Shown: positions 53,125 through 61,827 of the stretch, in pieces | Position numbering within the stretch: position 1 is the stretch's first letter | How the letters are laid out: each line of letters starts with the position of its first letter | Source of the DNA: Acutalibacteraceae bacterium | GTDB taxonomy: Bacteria; Bacillota; Clostridia; Oscillospirales; Acutalibacteraceae | Reading direction: 5' to 3' | NCBI GenBank assembly: GCA_045637065.1 | Contig: JAZTYQ010000010.1 | Location: 1 to 61,827 of the forward strand | Length of the DNA: 61,827 nt | Program-made: the position numbers and the translations under genes | Notes under the pieces: generated by a model | What the model saw: the letters and a program-made list of their open reading frames with translations, nothing else | What the model was told of the DNA's origin: nothing | The model's database searches: none

Positions 53125-54031
53125 TTTTCATAACCTCGTCATATACAAGTCTTGCTTTTTCCATATCCCTTTTAACCGCCTGAGACAGCTCCTCGAGAGA
53201 TGCGAATTTCATCTCACCTCTTAAAAAGTCAAGCAGACCCACCTGGGCATTTCTGCCGTAAAGGTCGCCTGAGAAGCCCAGGATGCAGGTTTCACTTCTG
53301 ACTTCAGTGCCACCTACGGTAGGTCTTATGCCTATGTTGGTCACACTGGGATATTGCTTTTTATCTAAGGTTGTCACCGAAGCATATACGCCGTAGTGCG
53401 GCACAATAAAATCTTCGGGAAAGGTCTGATTTATAGTGGGAAAGCCAAGGCGCCTGCCAAGGGCATCGCCTCTTTCAACCACTCTGTCATAAGAGAAAAC
53501 TCTGCCAAGCAATTCGTTGGCGCGTCTGACCTTACCCTGTGAGATAAGCTCTCTTATCTTTGAGGCGCTGACCGTGTCTTCGCCCTGCTTTATTTCACTA
53601 AGAGACACAACCTCCACGCCCTCGCTTTCAAGGTCGTTTTTAAGGGTAGTTGCGTTTCCCTTGCCCTCTTTTCCATATCTGTAATCGTATCCGCAGACCA
53701 CTGCCTTTGCACCCAGCTTGTTTATAAGCACATCACGGGCAAACTCAGAAGGCTCCATATTCATGCTCTCTCTGAAAGGAAAGGGATAAAGAGTAAAGCC
53801 CATTTCCCTGAGAAGCCTGCTTTTCATTATTTCGTCAGTGAGCATAGGGGGTACACTGCCGCAAAGAACCTTTCTCGGATGCTCATCAAAAATAAGCACT
53901 GCGGGAGTAAGCCCCTTTTCTTTTGCAATTGCAAGGGTCTTTTGGAGTACAGCCTTGTGACCTGTATGGATACCGTCAAAATATCCCAGAGCAACGGCAG
54001 TACCCTTTGTTTTTTCACACATCTGCTTCAC
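53117..54031 (-). CDS. ribF: Bifunctional riboflavin kinase / FMN adenylyltransferase
   Basis: 304 aa with ALGYFDGIHTGHKAV (FAD synthetase nucleotidyltransferase motif) and the C-terminal riboflavin kinase motifs GFPTINQ...GVYA...NIGIRPT. Confidence 0.93.
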   Translation of the reverse strand: MKQMCEKTKGTAVALGYFDGIHTGHKAVLQKTLAIAKEKGLTPAVLIFDEHPRKVLCGSVPPMLTDEIMKSRLLREMGFTLYPFPFRESMNMEPSEFARDVLINKLGAKAVVCGYDYRYGKEGKGNATTLKNDLESEGVEVVSLSEIKQGEDTVSASKIRELISQGKVRRANELLGRVFSYDRVVERGDALGRRLGFPTINQTFPEDFIVPHYGVYASVTTLDKKQYPSVTNIGIRPTVGGTEVRSETCILGFSGDLYGRNAQVGLLDFLRGEMKFASLEELSQAVKRDMEKARLVYDEVMKNG

Positions 54032-54921
54032 CCCCTGACAAAAACGCGTCTGACAGAAAGAGTTGTTACCTCGCTGTCAATTTCGCCGATGCCTAAAAAT
54101 TCATCTTCGGGTGAATATACGCAGTAAAGCCCGGGAGCCTTCTTACCGCCGAAGCGGTTGACATCAAGCTCACCACCGTTTGAAAAGCGTTTAGCCTGAG
54201 GTGCGCTCACCTTAATTTTATCATAAGAGATAAAACTGTCAACCTCTGTGAGAGCTTTGTCAAGAATTCCCTCATCTCTAAGCTTTTCCAGCTCCTCAAG
54301 AGTGTAGCACCTGTCCACCGTCACACCGTTGGCCATAATTCGTCTGAGGGCAGTCATTGTGGCTCCGCAGCCCAGCTCATCACCTATATCTGCAATAAGA
54401 GTGCGTATATAAGTTCCGCTTGAGCAGTGAGCCTCTATTTCGTACTCTGCCGTGTTTTCGTCATAGCCGAGAAGTGTCAGAGAATAAATTGTTACCTTAC
54501 GGCTTTCTCTTTCTATCTCTATGCCCTGACGCGCAAGGTCATAGAGCCTTACACCGTCTTTTTTTATGGCAGAATACATCGGGGGTACCTGCTCTATTTC
54601 ACCGCGGAATTTACTAAGTACCCCCTCAACATCACTTTTTGTGGCAGTGACCTGAAATTCACCTGTCACCTTGCCTGTAATGTCGAGAGTGTCTGTAGTT
54701 CTGCCTAAAATAAACTTAGCCCTGTAAGCCTTGTCGTGGCTTGGGATAAGCTCAATAAATCTTGTTGCGCCCCCTAAAGCTATGGGAAGCACGCCCGTTG
54801 CCATAGGGTCGAGAGTTCCGGTATGACCGGCTTTTTTTATACCGAAAATTCTTCTGAGTCTTGCCGAAGCCACAAAGGACGTCATTCCCTCACTCTTGTC
54901 AAGAAAAACAAAACCGTTCAC
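54028..54921 (-). CDS. truB: tRNA pseudouridine(55) synthase
   Basis: GFVFLDKSEGMTSFVASARLRRIFGIKKAGHTGTLDPMATGVLPIALG contains the catalytic Asp motif HxGTLDPxAxGVL. GTG 54921 follows AAAGGAGTGA; the track start 54954 would overlap nrnA. Confidence 0.92.
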   Translation of the reverse strand: MNGFVFLDKSEGMTSFVASARLRRIFGIKKAGHTGTLDPMATGVLPIALGGATRFIELIPSHDKAYRAKFILGRTTDTLDITGKVTGEFQVTATKSDVEGVLSKFRGEIEQVPPMYSAIKKDGVRLYDLARQGIEIERESRKVTIYSLTLLGYDENTAEYEIEAHCSSGTYIRTLIADIGDELGCGATMTALRRIMANGVTVDRCYTLEELEKLRDEGILDKALTEVDSFISYDKIKVSAPQAKRFSNGGELDVNRFGGKKAPGLYCVYSPEDEFLGIGEIDSEVTTLSVRRVFVRG

Positions 54922-54943
54922 ACCCTCACTCCTTTCAACAAAT

Positions 54944-55897
54944 TTATAATACACTGTTTAAAATATAGTCTGAAACTGTTTCTTTCACCTTTTCAGGTGT
55001 CATGCCGCAAAACTCGCAGCCTGCGGCTCTCACGTGTCCGCCGCCGCCGAAATGAGCGCATATTGCCGCCGCATCATATTTCTCAGAGGTTCTGACGGAA
55101 ACACCAACCTTGCCGTTTTTTTCCTCTTTGACAGTGATGCCGATTTCCACGCCCTCTATCTGCCTTGTCAGAGGCTTTATGGCATCAAGTGCGGACTTAT
55201 CCACATTACACTCGCTGAGCATTTCCTGAGTTACGGTTATAACTGCAAGGGAACCGCCACCGAAAATCTCAAGGGATTCAAGGCACTTTCTCTCAAGCAT
55301 AATGTTATTCATTGTTTTCGTGTCAAACATTACCTCATTGATTTTGCTGTGCATAGCACCCTTTTCAATAAGTTCTGCTGCAATTCTGTGAGTTCTCGGA
55401 GTAACATTGGAATACTTGAAGCATCCCGTGTCTGTGCTGCAGCCTGTGTAAATGCAGGATGCGATATTGCTGTCAACATCTCCGATAAGCTCCTTTATAA
55501 TGAGATAAACTATCTCGCAGCAGGAGGCACTGTCACTTTCACAATAGGTCTTCTGAGCAAAACGGCGTGAGGTTTCGTGGTGGTCTATTGCAAGATTCAC
55601 TCTCTCGCCGTATTTTTCGCCAAGGGTGTCACCTAAAAGTTTTCTTTCTGCCACGTCAACACTGACAATATATGAAGGCTCAAAGTCAATTTCCTCTATG
55701 CCCTCATAGAGATATGAAAACTTTTTGTTTATTGGGTCACCGCAGAGAAGCCTCGCCTTTTTGCTCAACTTTCTTAAAGCTCTGAGCAGTGCATATCCAC
55801 TGCCCAGAGTATCTCCGTCAGGATTGACGTGAGTGAGAATAAGAATACCGTCAGCGTTTTTCAGCTCATTTACAGCCTCATGAAAACCGATAACCAT
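54944..55897 (-). CDS. nrnA: DHH-family phosphoesterase (NrnA-type bifunctional oligoribonuclease / pAp phosphatase)
   Basis: Contains ILILTHVNPDGDTLGSGYAL (DHH motifs I-II), AIDHH (motif III) and the DHHA1 motif GGGGHVRAAG. ATG 55897 directly follows the rbfA stop. Confidence 0.82.
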   Translation of the reverse strand: MVIGFHEAVNELKNADGILILTHVNPDGDTLGSGYALLRALRKLSKKARLLCGDPINKKFSYLYEGIEEIDFEPSYIVSVDVAERKLLGDTLGEKYGERVNLAIDHHETSRRFAQKTYCESDSASCCEIVYLIIKELIGDVDSNIASCIYTGCSTDTGCFKYSNVTPRTHRIAAELIEKGAMHSKINEVMFDTKTMNNIMLERKCLESLEIFGGGSLAVITVTQEMLSECNVDKSALDAIKPLTRQIEGVEIGITVKEEKNGKVGVSVRTSEKYDAAAICAHFGGGGHVRAAGCEFCGMTPEKVKETVSDYILNSVL

Positions 55898-55898
55898 C

Positions 55899-56246
55899 TT
55901 ATTCACCTCTGCCGTTTTCCAGCTTTTTAAACATATTGAAGCCCTGCTCAATTGAGTCATCGGCAACAAATTTCAGTTCGGGAGTTTTTCTCAGGTGAAG
56001 CCTGCCGCCTACCTCGCGTCTGATATAGCCCGTTGCGGCTGTGAGGCCTTTAACGGCTTCCTTAGCTGAGTCGATTCCCTTTATATCGCTGACATAAACC
56101 TTTGCATAGGATGCGTCTGAGCTGACCTCAACACGCACAACTGTCAGCATTTTGCCCATCACACGAGGGTCTTTAAGCTCTCTTATGAGGGCAGTTATTT
56201 CACGTTTTATATCTTCCGATACACGGTTAATTCTGAAACCTGCCAT
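55899..56246 (-). CDS. rbfA: Ribosome-binding factor A
   Basis: 115 aa. RVSEDIKREITALIRELKDPRV...LTVVRVEVSSDASYAKVYV is the RbfA KH-like pattern, and the gene sits in the conserved position after infB. Confidence 0.93.
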   Translation of the reverse strand: MAGFRINRVSEDIKREITALIRELKDPRVMGKMLTVVRVEVSSDASYAKVYVSDIKGIDSAKEAVKGLTAATGYIRREVGGRLHLRKTPELKFVADDSIEQGFNMFKKLENGRGE

Positions 56247-56269
56247 AGGATTTTCCTTTCCGTGATTAA

Positions 56270-58753
56270 TTAGTCTCTGTATTCTTCAATCATGAAGCAC
56301 TCGAAGATGTCGCCTTCCTTGATATCGTTGAACTTTTCAAGACCGATACCACATTCGAAGCCTGTCTGTACTTCCTTAACGTCATCCTTGAAACGGCGAA
56401 GTGAGGAAATAGCATCTTCTGTGATAACGATACCGTCACGCACAACACGGATAAGTGCATTTCTTGTTACCTTACCCTCAAGAACATAGGAGCCTGCAAT
56501 CTTACCTGCAGATGAAAGGTTCATAACTGTACGAACTTCGATTCTGCCCAGAGCAACCTCTCTTGTCTTGGGAGCGAGCATACCCTTCATAGCTGCTTCG
56601 ATTTCTTCGATGCAGTCATAGATAACTCTGTACATTCTCATTTCAACGCCGTCACGCTCTGAAAGTGTCTGAGCATTTGTGTCGGGACGAACATTGAAGC
56701 CTACGATGATAGCGTTTGAAACAGCTGCAAGCTGAACATCGCTTTCGTTGATGGCACCAACACCGCCGTGAATAACACGCACACGAACTTCTTCGTTGGT
56801 GAGCTTTTCAAGATTCTGCTTAACAGCTTCAACGGAGCCCTGAACGTCAGCCTTAACGATAATTGAAAGCTCCTTCATCTGACCGTCCTGGAGTGATGAG
56901 AAGAGATTGTCAAGTGTAACCTTCTGCTGTGCGCCCCATTCAGCCTGCTTAGCTTCGTGAATCTTTCTTTCAACGAGTTCACGTGCAAGCTTTTCGTCTG
57001 AAGCAACGTCAAAGGTGTCGCCGGCACCGGGAGTTGTGTTAAGACCTGTAACCTCAACGGGTACTGAGGGGCCTGCTTCTTTAATGCGGGTACCTCTTTC
57101 GGTCTGCATAACTCTTACTCTACCAACGCTCTGACCTGCAACAACGATATCACCAACATGGAGAGTACCGTTCTGAACGAGAAGCGTTGCAATAGGTCCG
57201 CGGCCCTTGTCAAGTCTTGCCTCGATAACAACGCCCTTAGCTGCTCTGTTGGGGTTAGCCTTAAGTTCTGCCATTTCGGCAACGAGAAGAATTGACTCAA
57301 GAAGTGAATCGATACCCATATGTGTCTTTGCTGATACGGGTACACAGATAGCGTCACCGCCCCATTCTTCAGGCACAAGACCGTATTCTGTAAGCTGCTG
57401 CTTAACTCTGTCGGGGTTAGCGCCTTCCTTATCCATTTTGTTGATGGCAACAATAATCTGAACGCCTGCTGCCTTAGCGTGGTTGATAGCTTCAATAGTC
57501 TGAGGCATAATACCGTCATCAGCAGCTACAACGAGTACAGCAATATCAGTAGCCATAGCACCTCTTGCTCTCATTGATGTGAAAGCAGCGTGACCGGGAG
57601 TGTCAAGGAAGGTGATCATCTGACCGTCAAGGTCAACTCTGTAAGCACCGATATGCTGAGTGATACCGCCTGCTTCAGTTGCAGCAACACCTGCATCACG
57701 GATAGCGTCGAGAATTGATGTCTTACCGTGGTCAACGTGACCCATAACAACTACAACGGGATCTCTGGGAAGAAGGTCTTCTGCAGCATCTTCGTGGTCG
57801 TCGATAATTCTTTCTTCGATGGAAACTTCAACTTCCTTTTCAACCTTTGCACCAAGCTCTGTTGCAACAATTTCTGCGGTGTCGAAGTCGATTGCCTGGT
57901 TAACTGTAGCCATTACGCCCAGCTTGAACATCTCTTTGATAACCTCAGCAGCGGTTCTTCTGAGAAGACCTGCAAGGTCACCTACTGTGATTTCCTCAGG
58001 AATTTTAACTACAAGGGTCTTCTTTGCTCTTTCAGCAGCAATTCTCTTAAGTCTTTCAGCTTCGGTTTCTCTCTTGCTTGAGCGTGTACCCTGCTGTTTT
58101 CTGTACTGCTGGCTCTTCTGCTTGAGCTTCTGCTTACCTGATGACATATCGCTGTCGCGTCTGCCGCCCTGAGAAGCCATTTCGTCATATTTTTCGTTAT
58201 ACTTCTCAAGGTCAACGTTGCTGCTTCTTGTGTCAACATATCTCTTTTCGCCCTTTGTTCTTGCCTGAATAAGCTTTTCCTGCTTAGGCTGCTGGTTGTT
58301 TTGAGGCTTATCCTGCTTCTTCTGAGGCTGATTGTTCTGAGGCTGATTGTTCTGAGGCTTATTCTGCTGGGGCTTTCTGTCCTCTCTCTTACCCTCGGGC
58401 TTTGCAGGTCTCTTTTCATCCCTCTTGCCCTCAGGCTTCTTGGCGTCTGCCTTTGCTTCAGCCTTTGCAGGTGCCTTTTCTTCTGCTTTTACCTCAGGCT
58501 TTTCTACTGCCTTAACTTCGTCGACTTTCTTTTCAGCCTTCTGCTTTTCGCCTGCAGCAAAATAAGCGTCGAAGCTTTCAACGGCATTTTCCTGTGTTAT
58601 TGTTTCAAATATAATATCAAGTTCTCTGTCGTCAAGTGCTGCCATGTGTGTTCTTTCAGCCGGCACACGGCTTTCAAGCATAGCGAGGATTTTTTTGCTG
58701 TTAAGTCCAAAATCCTTTGCAACCTCGTGAACTCTGTACTTTTCTCTTGGCAT
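56270..58753 (-). CDS. infB: Translation initiation factor IF-2
   Basis: 827 aa with G-domain motifs [18 protein letters not shown] and NKMD. A low-complexity K/E/Q/P/N-rich N-terminal linker is present. Confidence 0.98.
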   Translation of the reverse strand: MPREKYRVHEVAKDFGLNSKKILAMLESRVPAERTHMAALDDRELDIIFETITQENAVESFDAYFAAGEKQKAEKKVDEVKAVEKPEVKAEEKAPAKAEAKADAKKPEGKRDEKRPAKPEGKREDRKPQQNKPQNNQPQNNQPQKKQDKPQNNQQPKQEKLIQARTKGEKRYVDTRSSNVDLEKYNEKYDEMASQGGRRDSDMSSGKQKLKQKSQQYRKQQGTRSSKRETEAERLKRIAAERAKKTLVVKIPEEITVGDLAGLLRRTAAEVIKEMFKLGVMATVNQAIDFDTAEIVATELGAKVEKEVEVSIEERIIDDHEDAAEDLLPRDPVVVVMGHVDHGKTSILDAIRDAGVAATEAGGITQHIGAYRVDLDGQMITFLDTPGHAAFTSMRARGAMATDIAVLVVAADDGIMPQTIEAINHAKAAGVQIIVAINKMDKEGANPDRVKQQLTEYGLVPEEWGGDAICVPVSAKTHMGIDSLLESILLVAEMAELKANPNRAAKGVVIEARLDKGRGPIATLLVQNGTLHVGDIVVAGQSVGRVRVMQTERGTRIKEAGPSVPVEVTGLNTTPGAGDTFDVASDEKLARELVERKIHEAKQAEWGAQQKVTLDNLFSSLQDGQMKELSIIVKADVQGSVEAVKQNLEKLTNEEVRVRVIHGGVGAINESDVQLAAVSNAIIVGFNVRPDTNAQTLSERDGVEMRMYRVIYDCIEEIEAAMKGMLAPKTREVALGRIEVRTVMNLSSAGKIAGSYVLEGKVTRNALIRVVRDGIVITEDAISSLRRFKDDVKEVQTGFECGIGLEKFNDIKEGDIFECFMIEEYRD

Positions 58754-58757
58754 AGTA

Positions 58758-59075
58758 TCATCCTTTCTTTAAGGTATATTTCTCTGCGAGTGCTTTTGCG
58801 AAGCCCTCATCGTCAACGCTGATAACTGCCGCCTTTGAGCCGACAGCCGATGAAAGCTCCAACAAGGTATAGTCTGTAATTATAAGGGATATGTTTTTAT
58901 CTTCATAGGTACAGGCGTGCTGTATCTCTCTCTGAAGTCTTTCTGAGGCTTCCTTTGAGAGTACGCAAAGCTTTGCTTTGTTTCTTACAATACTGCCGAT
59001 AACCGCATCGTGGCCGAGACTTACTCTGCCCGAGCGTCTTGCCATACCTAAAAGAGAGAGAAACTTATCATTCAT
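58758..59075 (-). CDS. ylxQ: L7Ae/L30e-family RNA-binding protein (YlxQ-like)
   Basis: 105 aa. [20 protein letters not shown] matches the family, and the gene sits in the canonical position between ylxR and infB. Confidence 0.85.
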   Translation of the reverse strand: MNDKFLSLLGMARRSGRVSLGHDAVIGSIVRNKAKLCVLSKEASERLQREIQHACTYEDKNISLIITDYTLLELSSAVGSKAAVISVDDEGFAKALAEKYTLKKG

Positions 59076-59367
59076 TTTCGCTTATCTCCTGCTCCATTTT
59101 AAGGAGTACCTCTTCGGGAATTTCGCATGAAAGGGCTCTCGGGAAGCGTTTAGTCTTCTTAGCCATAGCGAAGCATTCCTTCTTTTTGCAGATATATGCG
59201 CCTCTGCCTGCTTTTTTTCCTGTCAGGTCGAGACTTATTTCATAGGTTTCTTCCTCATTTTCATTTTCGGGTTTTATTTTGGTCTTGACAACTCTTACGA
59301 GTTCCTTCTGCGGAAACATCTCACCGCAGCCAAGACATTTTCTCATAGGTACCTTTCTGAGTGCCAT
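59068..59367 (-). CDS. ylxR: YlxR/RnpM-family (DUF448) RNA-binding protein
   Basis: RKCLGCGEMFPQKELVRVV...GRGAYICKKKEC is the DUF448 signature. ATG 59367 follows GAGGTG; the track GTG 59373 lies inside the RBS. Confidence 0.88.
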   Translation of the reverse strand: MALRKVPMRKCLGCGEMFPQKELVRVVKTKIKPENENEEETYEISLDLTGKKAGRGAYICKKKECFAMAKKTKRFPRALSCEIPEEVLLKMEQEISENE

Positions 59368-59376
59368 AAACACCTC

Positions 59377-60423
59377 TTATTCAGCAGCTGCACTCAGAGG
59401 CTTGATGTCAATTTTCCAGCCGGTGAGTTTTGCCGCAAGGCGTACATTCTGACCCTTGTTGCCGATTGCAAGTGACAGCTGACTGTCCGGTACAATAACT
59501 CTGCAAGCCTTTGCGCCGCTTTCGTCAACTATAACGCTGAGCACCTCTGCAGGAGCAAGAGCAGCTGAAATATATGCGGCAGGGTCCTCACTGTAACGGA
59601 CAATATCAATCTTTTCGCCGCAGAGAATGTCAACTACATTGCTTACTCTCTGACCTCTGGGACCGATGCAAGCACCGACAGCATCAACATTTTCATCATG
59701 GCTGCCCACAGCTATCTTTGTTCTTGAACCCGCTTCTCTTGAAACGGACATAATTTCAACTACGCCGTCATAGATTTCGGGAACCTCTGTTTCAAAAAGT
59801 CTCTTGACAAGACCGGGATGCTTTCTTGAAATGTGAGCAAAACCGCTGCCGCTTTCACTTGTGGTGTAAGCCACATAAACCTTGACAAGCTGACCTGCCT
59901 TAAGCACTTCACCGGGAAGCTGTTCGCTCTTGGGAAGAATGGCGCTTGCTCTGCCGATTTCGATTGAAGCGTCGCCTGTGTCGGGATAAACAACATTGAC
60001 TGTTGCAGTAACAACTTCCTGATGTCTGTTCTGAAACTCCTTGTTTGCAAGCTCTCTTTCAGCTTCTCTGATGCCCTGACGGATAACGCTCTTTGCTGTC
60101 TGAGCAACAATTCTGCCGAACTTCTTAGGTTCAAGGGAAATTTCAACAAATGAGCCTACCTGCGCATTGGCATCGTAGTTGCGTGCCTGTTCAAGGGTCA
60201 TTTCAGCTGCAGGTTCTTCAACCTCTTCAACAACTGCAATTCTTACATACACATTCATTATCTGCTTTTCGGGATCGATATCAACAACTACGTTATCTCT
60301 GTTGCCGTAGGTGTTTTTTGTTGCAGAAATAATTGCGGCCTTAATCTTCTCAAAAATATAGTCTGAGGATATGCCTTTTTCGCTTTCGAGCATCTTGACT
60401 GCTTCAAAAAATTCTTTGTTCAT
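59377..60423 (-). CDS. nusA: Transcription termination/antitermination factor NusA
   Basis: 348 aa with an N-terminal RNAP-binding domain, an S1 domain (VTATVNVV...GDASIEIGRASAILPKSEQLPGE) and KH1/KH2 domains (GACIGPRGQRV, LAIGNKGQNVRLAAKLTGWKIDI). Confidence 0.97.
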   Translation of the reverse strand: MNKEFFEAVKMLESEKGISSDYIFEKIKAAIISATKNTYGNRDNVVVDIDPEKQIMNVYVRIAVVEEVEEPAAEMTLEQARNYDANAQVGSFVEISLEPKKFGRIVAQTAKSVIRQGIREAERELANKEFQNRHQEVVTATVNVVYPDTGDASIEIGRASAILPKSEQLPGEVLKAGQLVKVYVAYTTSESGSGFAHISRKHPGLVKRLFETEVPEIYDGVVEIMSVSREAGSRTKIAVGSHDENVDAVGACIGPRGQRVSNVVDILCGEKIDIVRYSEDPAAYISAALAPAEVLSVIVDESGAKACRVIVPDSQLSLAIGNKGQNVRLAAKLTGWKIDIKPLSAAAE

Positions 60424-60462
60424 CTTTTTATACTCATTCCTTTCGGTTATTTTACTTATATA

Positions 60463-60933
60463 TTACATCTGAAAATCATCAAGCTTAACCCATGAGGCTT
60501 CCTTTTTGGTGAAGGTGAAGCTTGTTTCGTCTTCGCATGTGATTGTGATATTGCCGTCAGTGTAATCTGAGAGTATTCCGCTGAATTCTCTCTTTCCCTC
60601 AACGGGTCTTATCATTTTTACTTTGATTTTTTCTCCGATATTAGTTGTGAAATGCTCTTCACGCACTAAATCTCTTTCCACACCCGGTGAGCTGACCTCA
60701 AGATAATATGCCTGCTCAATGCGGTCTGCCTCGTCAAGAGGCTTGTCGATTGCGTGGCTGAGGTTAACGCAGTCATCGATTGATACGCCACCGTCTTTGT
60801 CAATAAAGACACGGAGATACCATGAAGTTCCTTCCTTAAGGAAACGGATGTCCCATATGCGAAGACCCAGCTCCGCAGCCAGAGGCTCCACGATTTCCCA
60901 GACGGTTTTTACGGTGTTGCCGCCCTTTGCCAT
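60463..60933 (-). CDS. rimP: Ribosome maturation factor RimP
   Basis: 156 aa. The pattern WYLRVFIDKDGGVSIDDC...YLEVSSPGVERDL matches RimP, and it is the first gene of the nusA-infB operon. Confidence 0.92.
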   Translation of the reverse strand: MAKGGNTVKTVWEIVEPLAAELGLRIWDIRFLKEGTSWYLRVFIDKDGGVSIDDCVNLSHAIDKPLDEADRIEQAYYLEVSSPGVERDLVREEHFTTNIGEKIKVKMIRPVEGKREFSGILSDYTDGNITITCEDETSFTFTKKEASWVKLDDFQM

Positions 60934-60977
60934 AAAATCACTCCTTTAAAAATATTCAGTTGTAGTTCTGCAGAGCA

Positions 60978-61010
60978 ATAAAAAGAGTGGACTTTCGGGA
61001 AGTCCACTCT
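60978..61010 (-). terminator. Rho-independent terminator (minus strand) upstream of the rimP operon
   Basis: On the minus strand: agagtggactt-cccg-aaagtccactct followed by TTTTTATT. Confidence 0.7.
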
Positions 61011-61103
61011 GAATTATTCATTACAGATTATCTGCATTATACCACAGCTTTGCAGAAATATCAAGTAGTTTTTTATATTTTTTAACTGCTTCTATAGGAC
61101 AGC

Positions 61104-61190
61104 TTGGGCGGCTCCGCCCTGAAATCCTGCGGATTTCAGGCGACGCAGTCGTGCGCCGAAGCGCAGCTTCGGTTGCGGAGCCACCGCCCG
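61104..61190. repeat. Cloverleaf-like palindromic intergenic element, copy 3 (family A, diverged)
   Basis: The outer stem gggcggctccgc / gcggagcc(a)ccgccc encloses ctgaaatcc-tgc-ggatttcag, cgac-gca-gtcg and gccgaagc-gca-gcttcgg. The architecture matches copies 1 and 2, but the inner stem sequences are different. Confidence 0.7.
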
Positions 61191-61580
61191 CCTTCTGCAG
61201 AAACTAACTGAAATCGTCAGTAACAAACTTACCCGCTTCGTAGTCTGGCAGTTGGAGACGGGCTGAGACTGCATTAAAAAAGCACAAGCTACGGAACGGA
61301 AAAAGAGCGTTTTTGAATACTTTTGTCGCGCAGGACAAAAGTATGAGCCCCGTGGCTTGAGCGAAAAAAATAATTTATTTATCAAAATTACTTTTTTAGG
61401 TGATACCTTCACTGCTCATAATTCATAATTTTCAACCTCCTGTGCGGGAGACAAATTAAAAGTGGTCGCAGTTTTCACCGCGACCACCATTCTGCATTTT
61501 TTAGTCCTCGCCGGACAGGCGTGCTTTTTGCTACCGTCCAAAAAGAACCAAAAACGCGTAGATGTTTTATTTTTTATCAC
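61190..61580. repeat. Composite intergenic repeat block (families B and C), second copy
   Basis: See 3440-4006. 61196-61400 matches 3461-3830, and 61452-61575 matches 3884-4006. Track ORFs 61092-61412 and 61416-61700 lie entirely in this repeat DNA. Confidence 0.85.
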
Positions 61581-61626
61581 CGCGCTAAAATATCTTTTGC
61601 GCGTTCTTGTGCCGTTATCGGAAGTC

Positions 61627-61827
61627 TTATTCAGCAAGCATGCCGTGATATCTGCCCATCCAATAGGGAAGTGAATAGGTTGTTGAACCTTCCATCTCAC
61701 CTACGTTGTGGCTGCCGCCAAGATCATAAGATGCACCGTTATATTTGTGGAAAGCTCTTTCGTCAGCAGCAGCAATCTTGAGATCCAGTTTGCCCAGAGC
61801 AAATACCATACCGATAATCTTGAGGAT
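61627..61827 (-). CDS. C-terminal end of an unidentified protein (5' part outside the window)
   Basis: The reverse frame is open from the window edge to the stop at 61627-61629, reading ...ILKIIGMVFALGKLDLKIAAADERAFHKYNGASYDLGGSHNVGEMEGSTTYSLPYWMGRYHGMLAE. Coding-like composition; the family was not recognised. Confidence 0.5.
   Translation of the reverse strand: MLKIIGMVFALGKLDLKIAAADERAFHKYNGASYDLGGSHNVGEMEGSTTYSLPYWMGRYHGMLAE

Noticed and set aside
58290-58420. A tandem DNA repeat (ctgaggctgattgttctgagg...) inside infB.
   Set aside because: It encodes the low-complexity [13 protein letters not shown] linker of the IF-2 N-terminal region. Such variable linkers are normal for IF-2, and the region is not a separate feature.
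61092-61700. Track ORFs 61092-61412, 61416-61700, 61462-61674 and 61521-61781. Similar ORFs lie at 49919-50251, 49984-50207 and 50023-50229.
   Set aside because: They lie entirely in dispersed repeat families A, B and C, which recur in non-coding contexts. Their reading frames are not conserved between copies.

Overview
This window looks like a Firmicutes/Clostridia-type chromosome; the taxon is inferred from gene order, RBS style and protein families. The core backbone is visibly higher in GC (sampled lines about 45-57%). It contains an OYE flavin oxidoreductase (partial), copZ-like, a GPH sugar symporter and mfd, then MATE and EamA transporters, an SH3b/C39-like peptidase and an alpha/beta hydrolase. 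Further on come tRNA-Tyr and tRNA-Thr and a glycine riboswitch with an alanine/glycine:cation symporter. The classical operon rimP-nusA-ylxR-ylxQ-infB-rbfA-nrnA-truB-ribF lies on the minus strand.

Three accessory blocks interrupt this backbone.
1. 7.7-14.5 kb holds two promoter-duplicated small peptide genes, followed by a phage packaging/head module (terS, terL, portal, protease/scaffold, capsid, 3 small head proteins). It has no tail, lysis, integrase or replication genes.
2. About 20.9-44.2 kb is a strongly AT-rich island (sampled lines about 28-35% GC) with four notable contents:
- Decayed regulator genes.
- A single 2,898-aa ORF combining a duplicated N-terminal module, a very long helical region, a STAND/AAA-type P-loop ATPase and a C-terminal HEPN-like R-x4-H motif. 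I read it as a candidate novel single-gene defence protein.
- A tightly packed 10-gene membrane/OmpA-like/T4CP-like-ATPase operon of unknown function.
- A compact RiPP-like cluster: two near-identical 39-aa hydrophobic precursors ending in Cys-Cys, a 51-aa hydrophilic peptide, an M50 metalloprotease and a membrane-anchored ThiF/MccB-like adenylyltransferase.
3. 44.1-47.5 kb holds gene remnants, a two-gene membrane/zinc-ribbon pair and the tRNA pair.

The intergenic DNA of the backbone is saturated with several families of structured repeats. The most striking is an 85-90 nt four-way-junction (cloverleaf-like) element with compensatory stem changes between copies. There are also arrays of triloop mini-hairpins spaced by A(A/T)TTCAT.

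I recognised no CRISPR array, rRNA, integrase or transposase. All functional calls come from reading motifs by eye; no database search was run.
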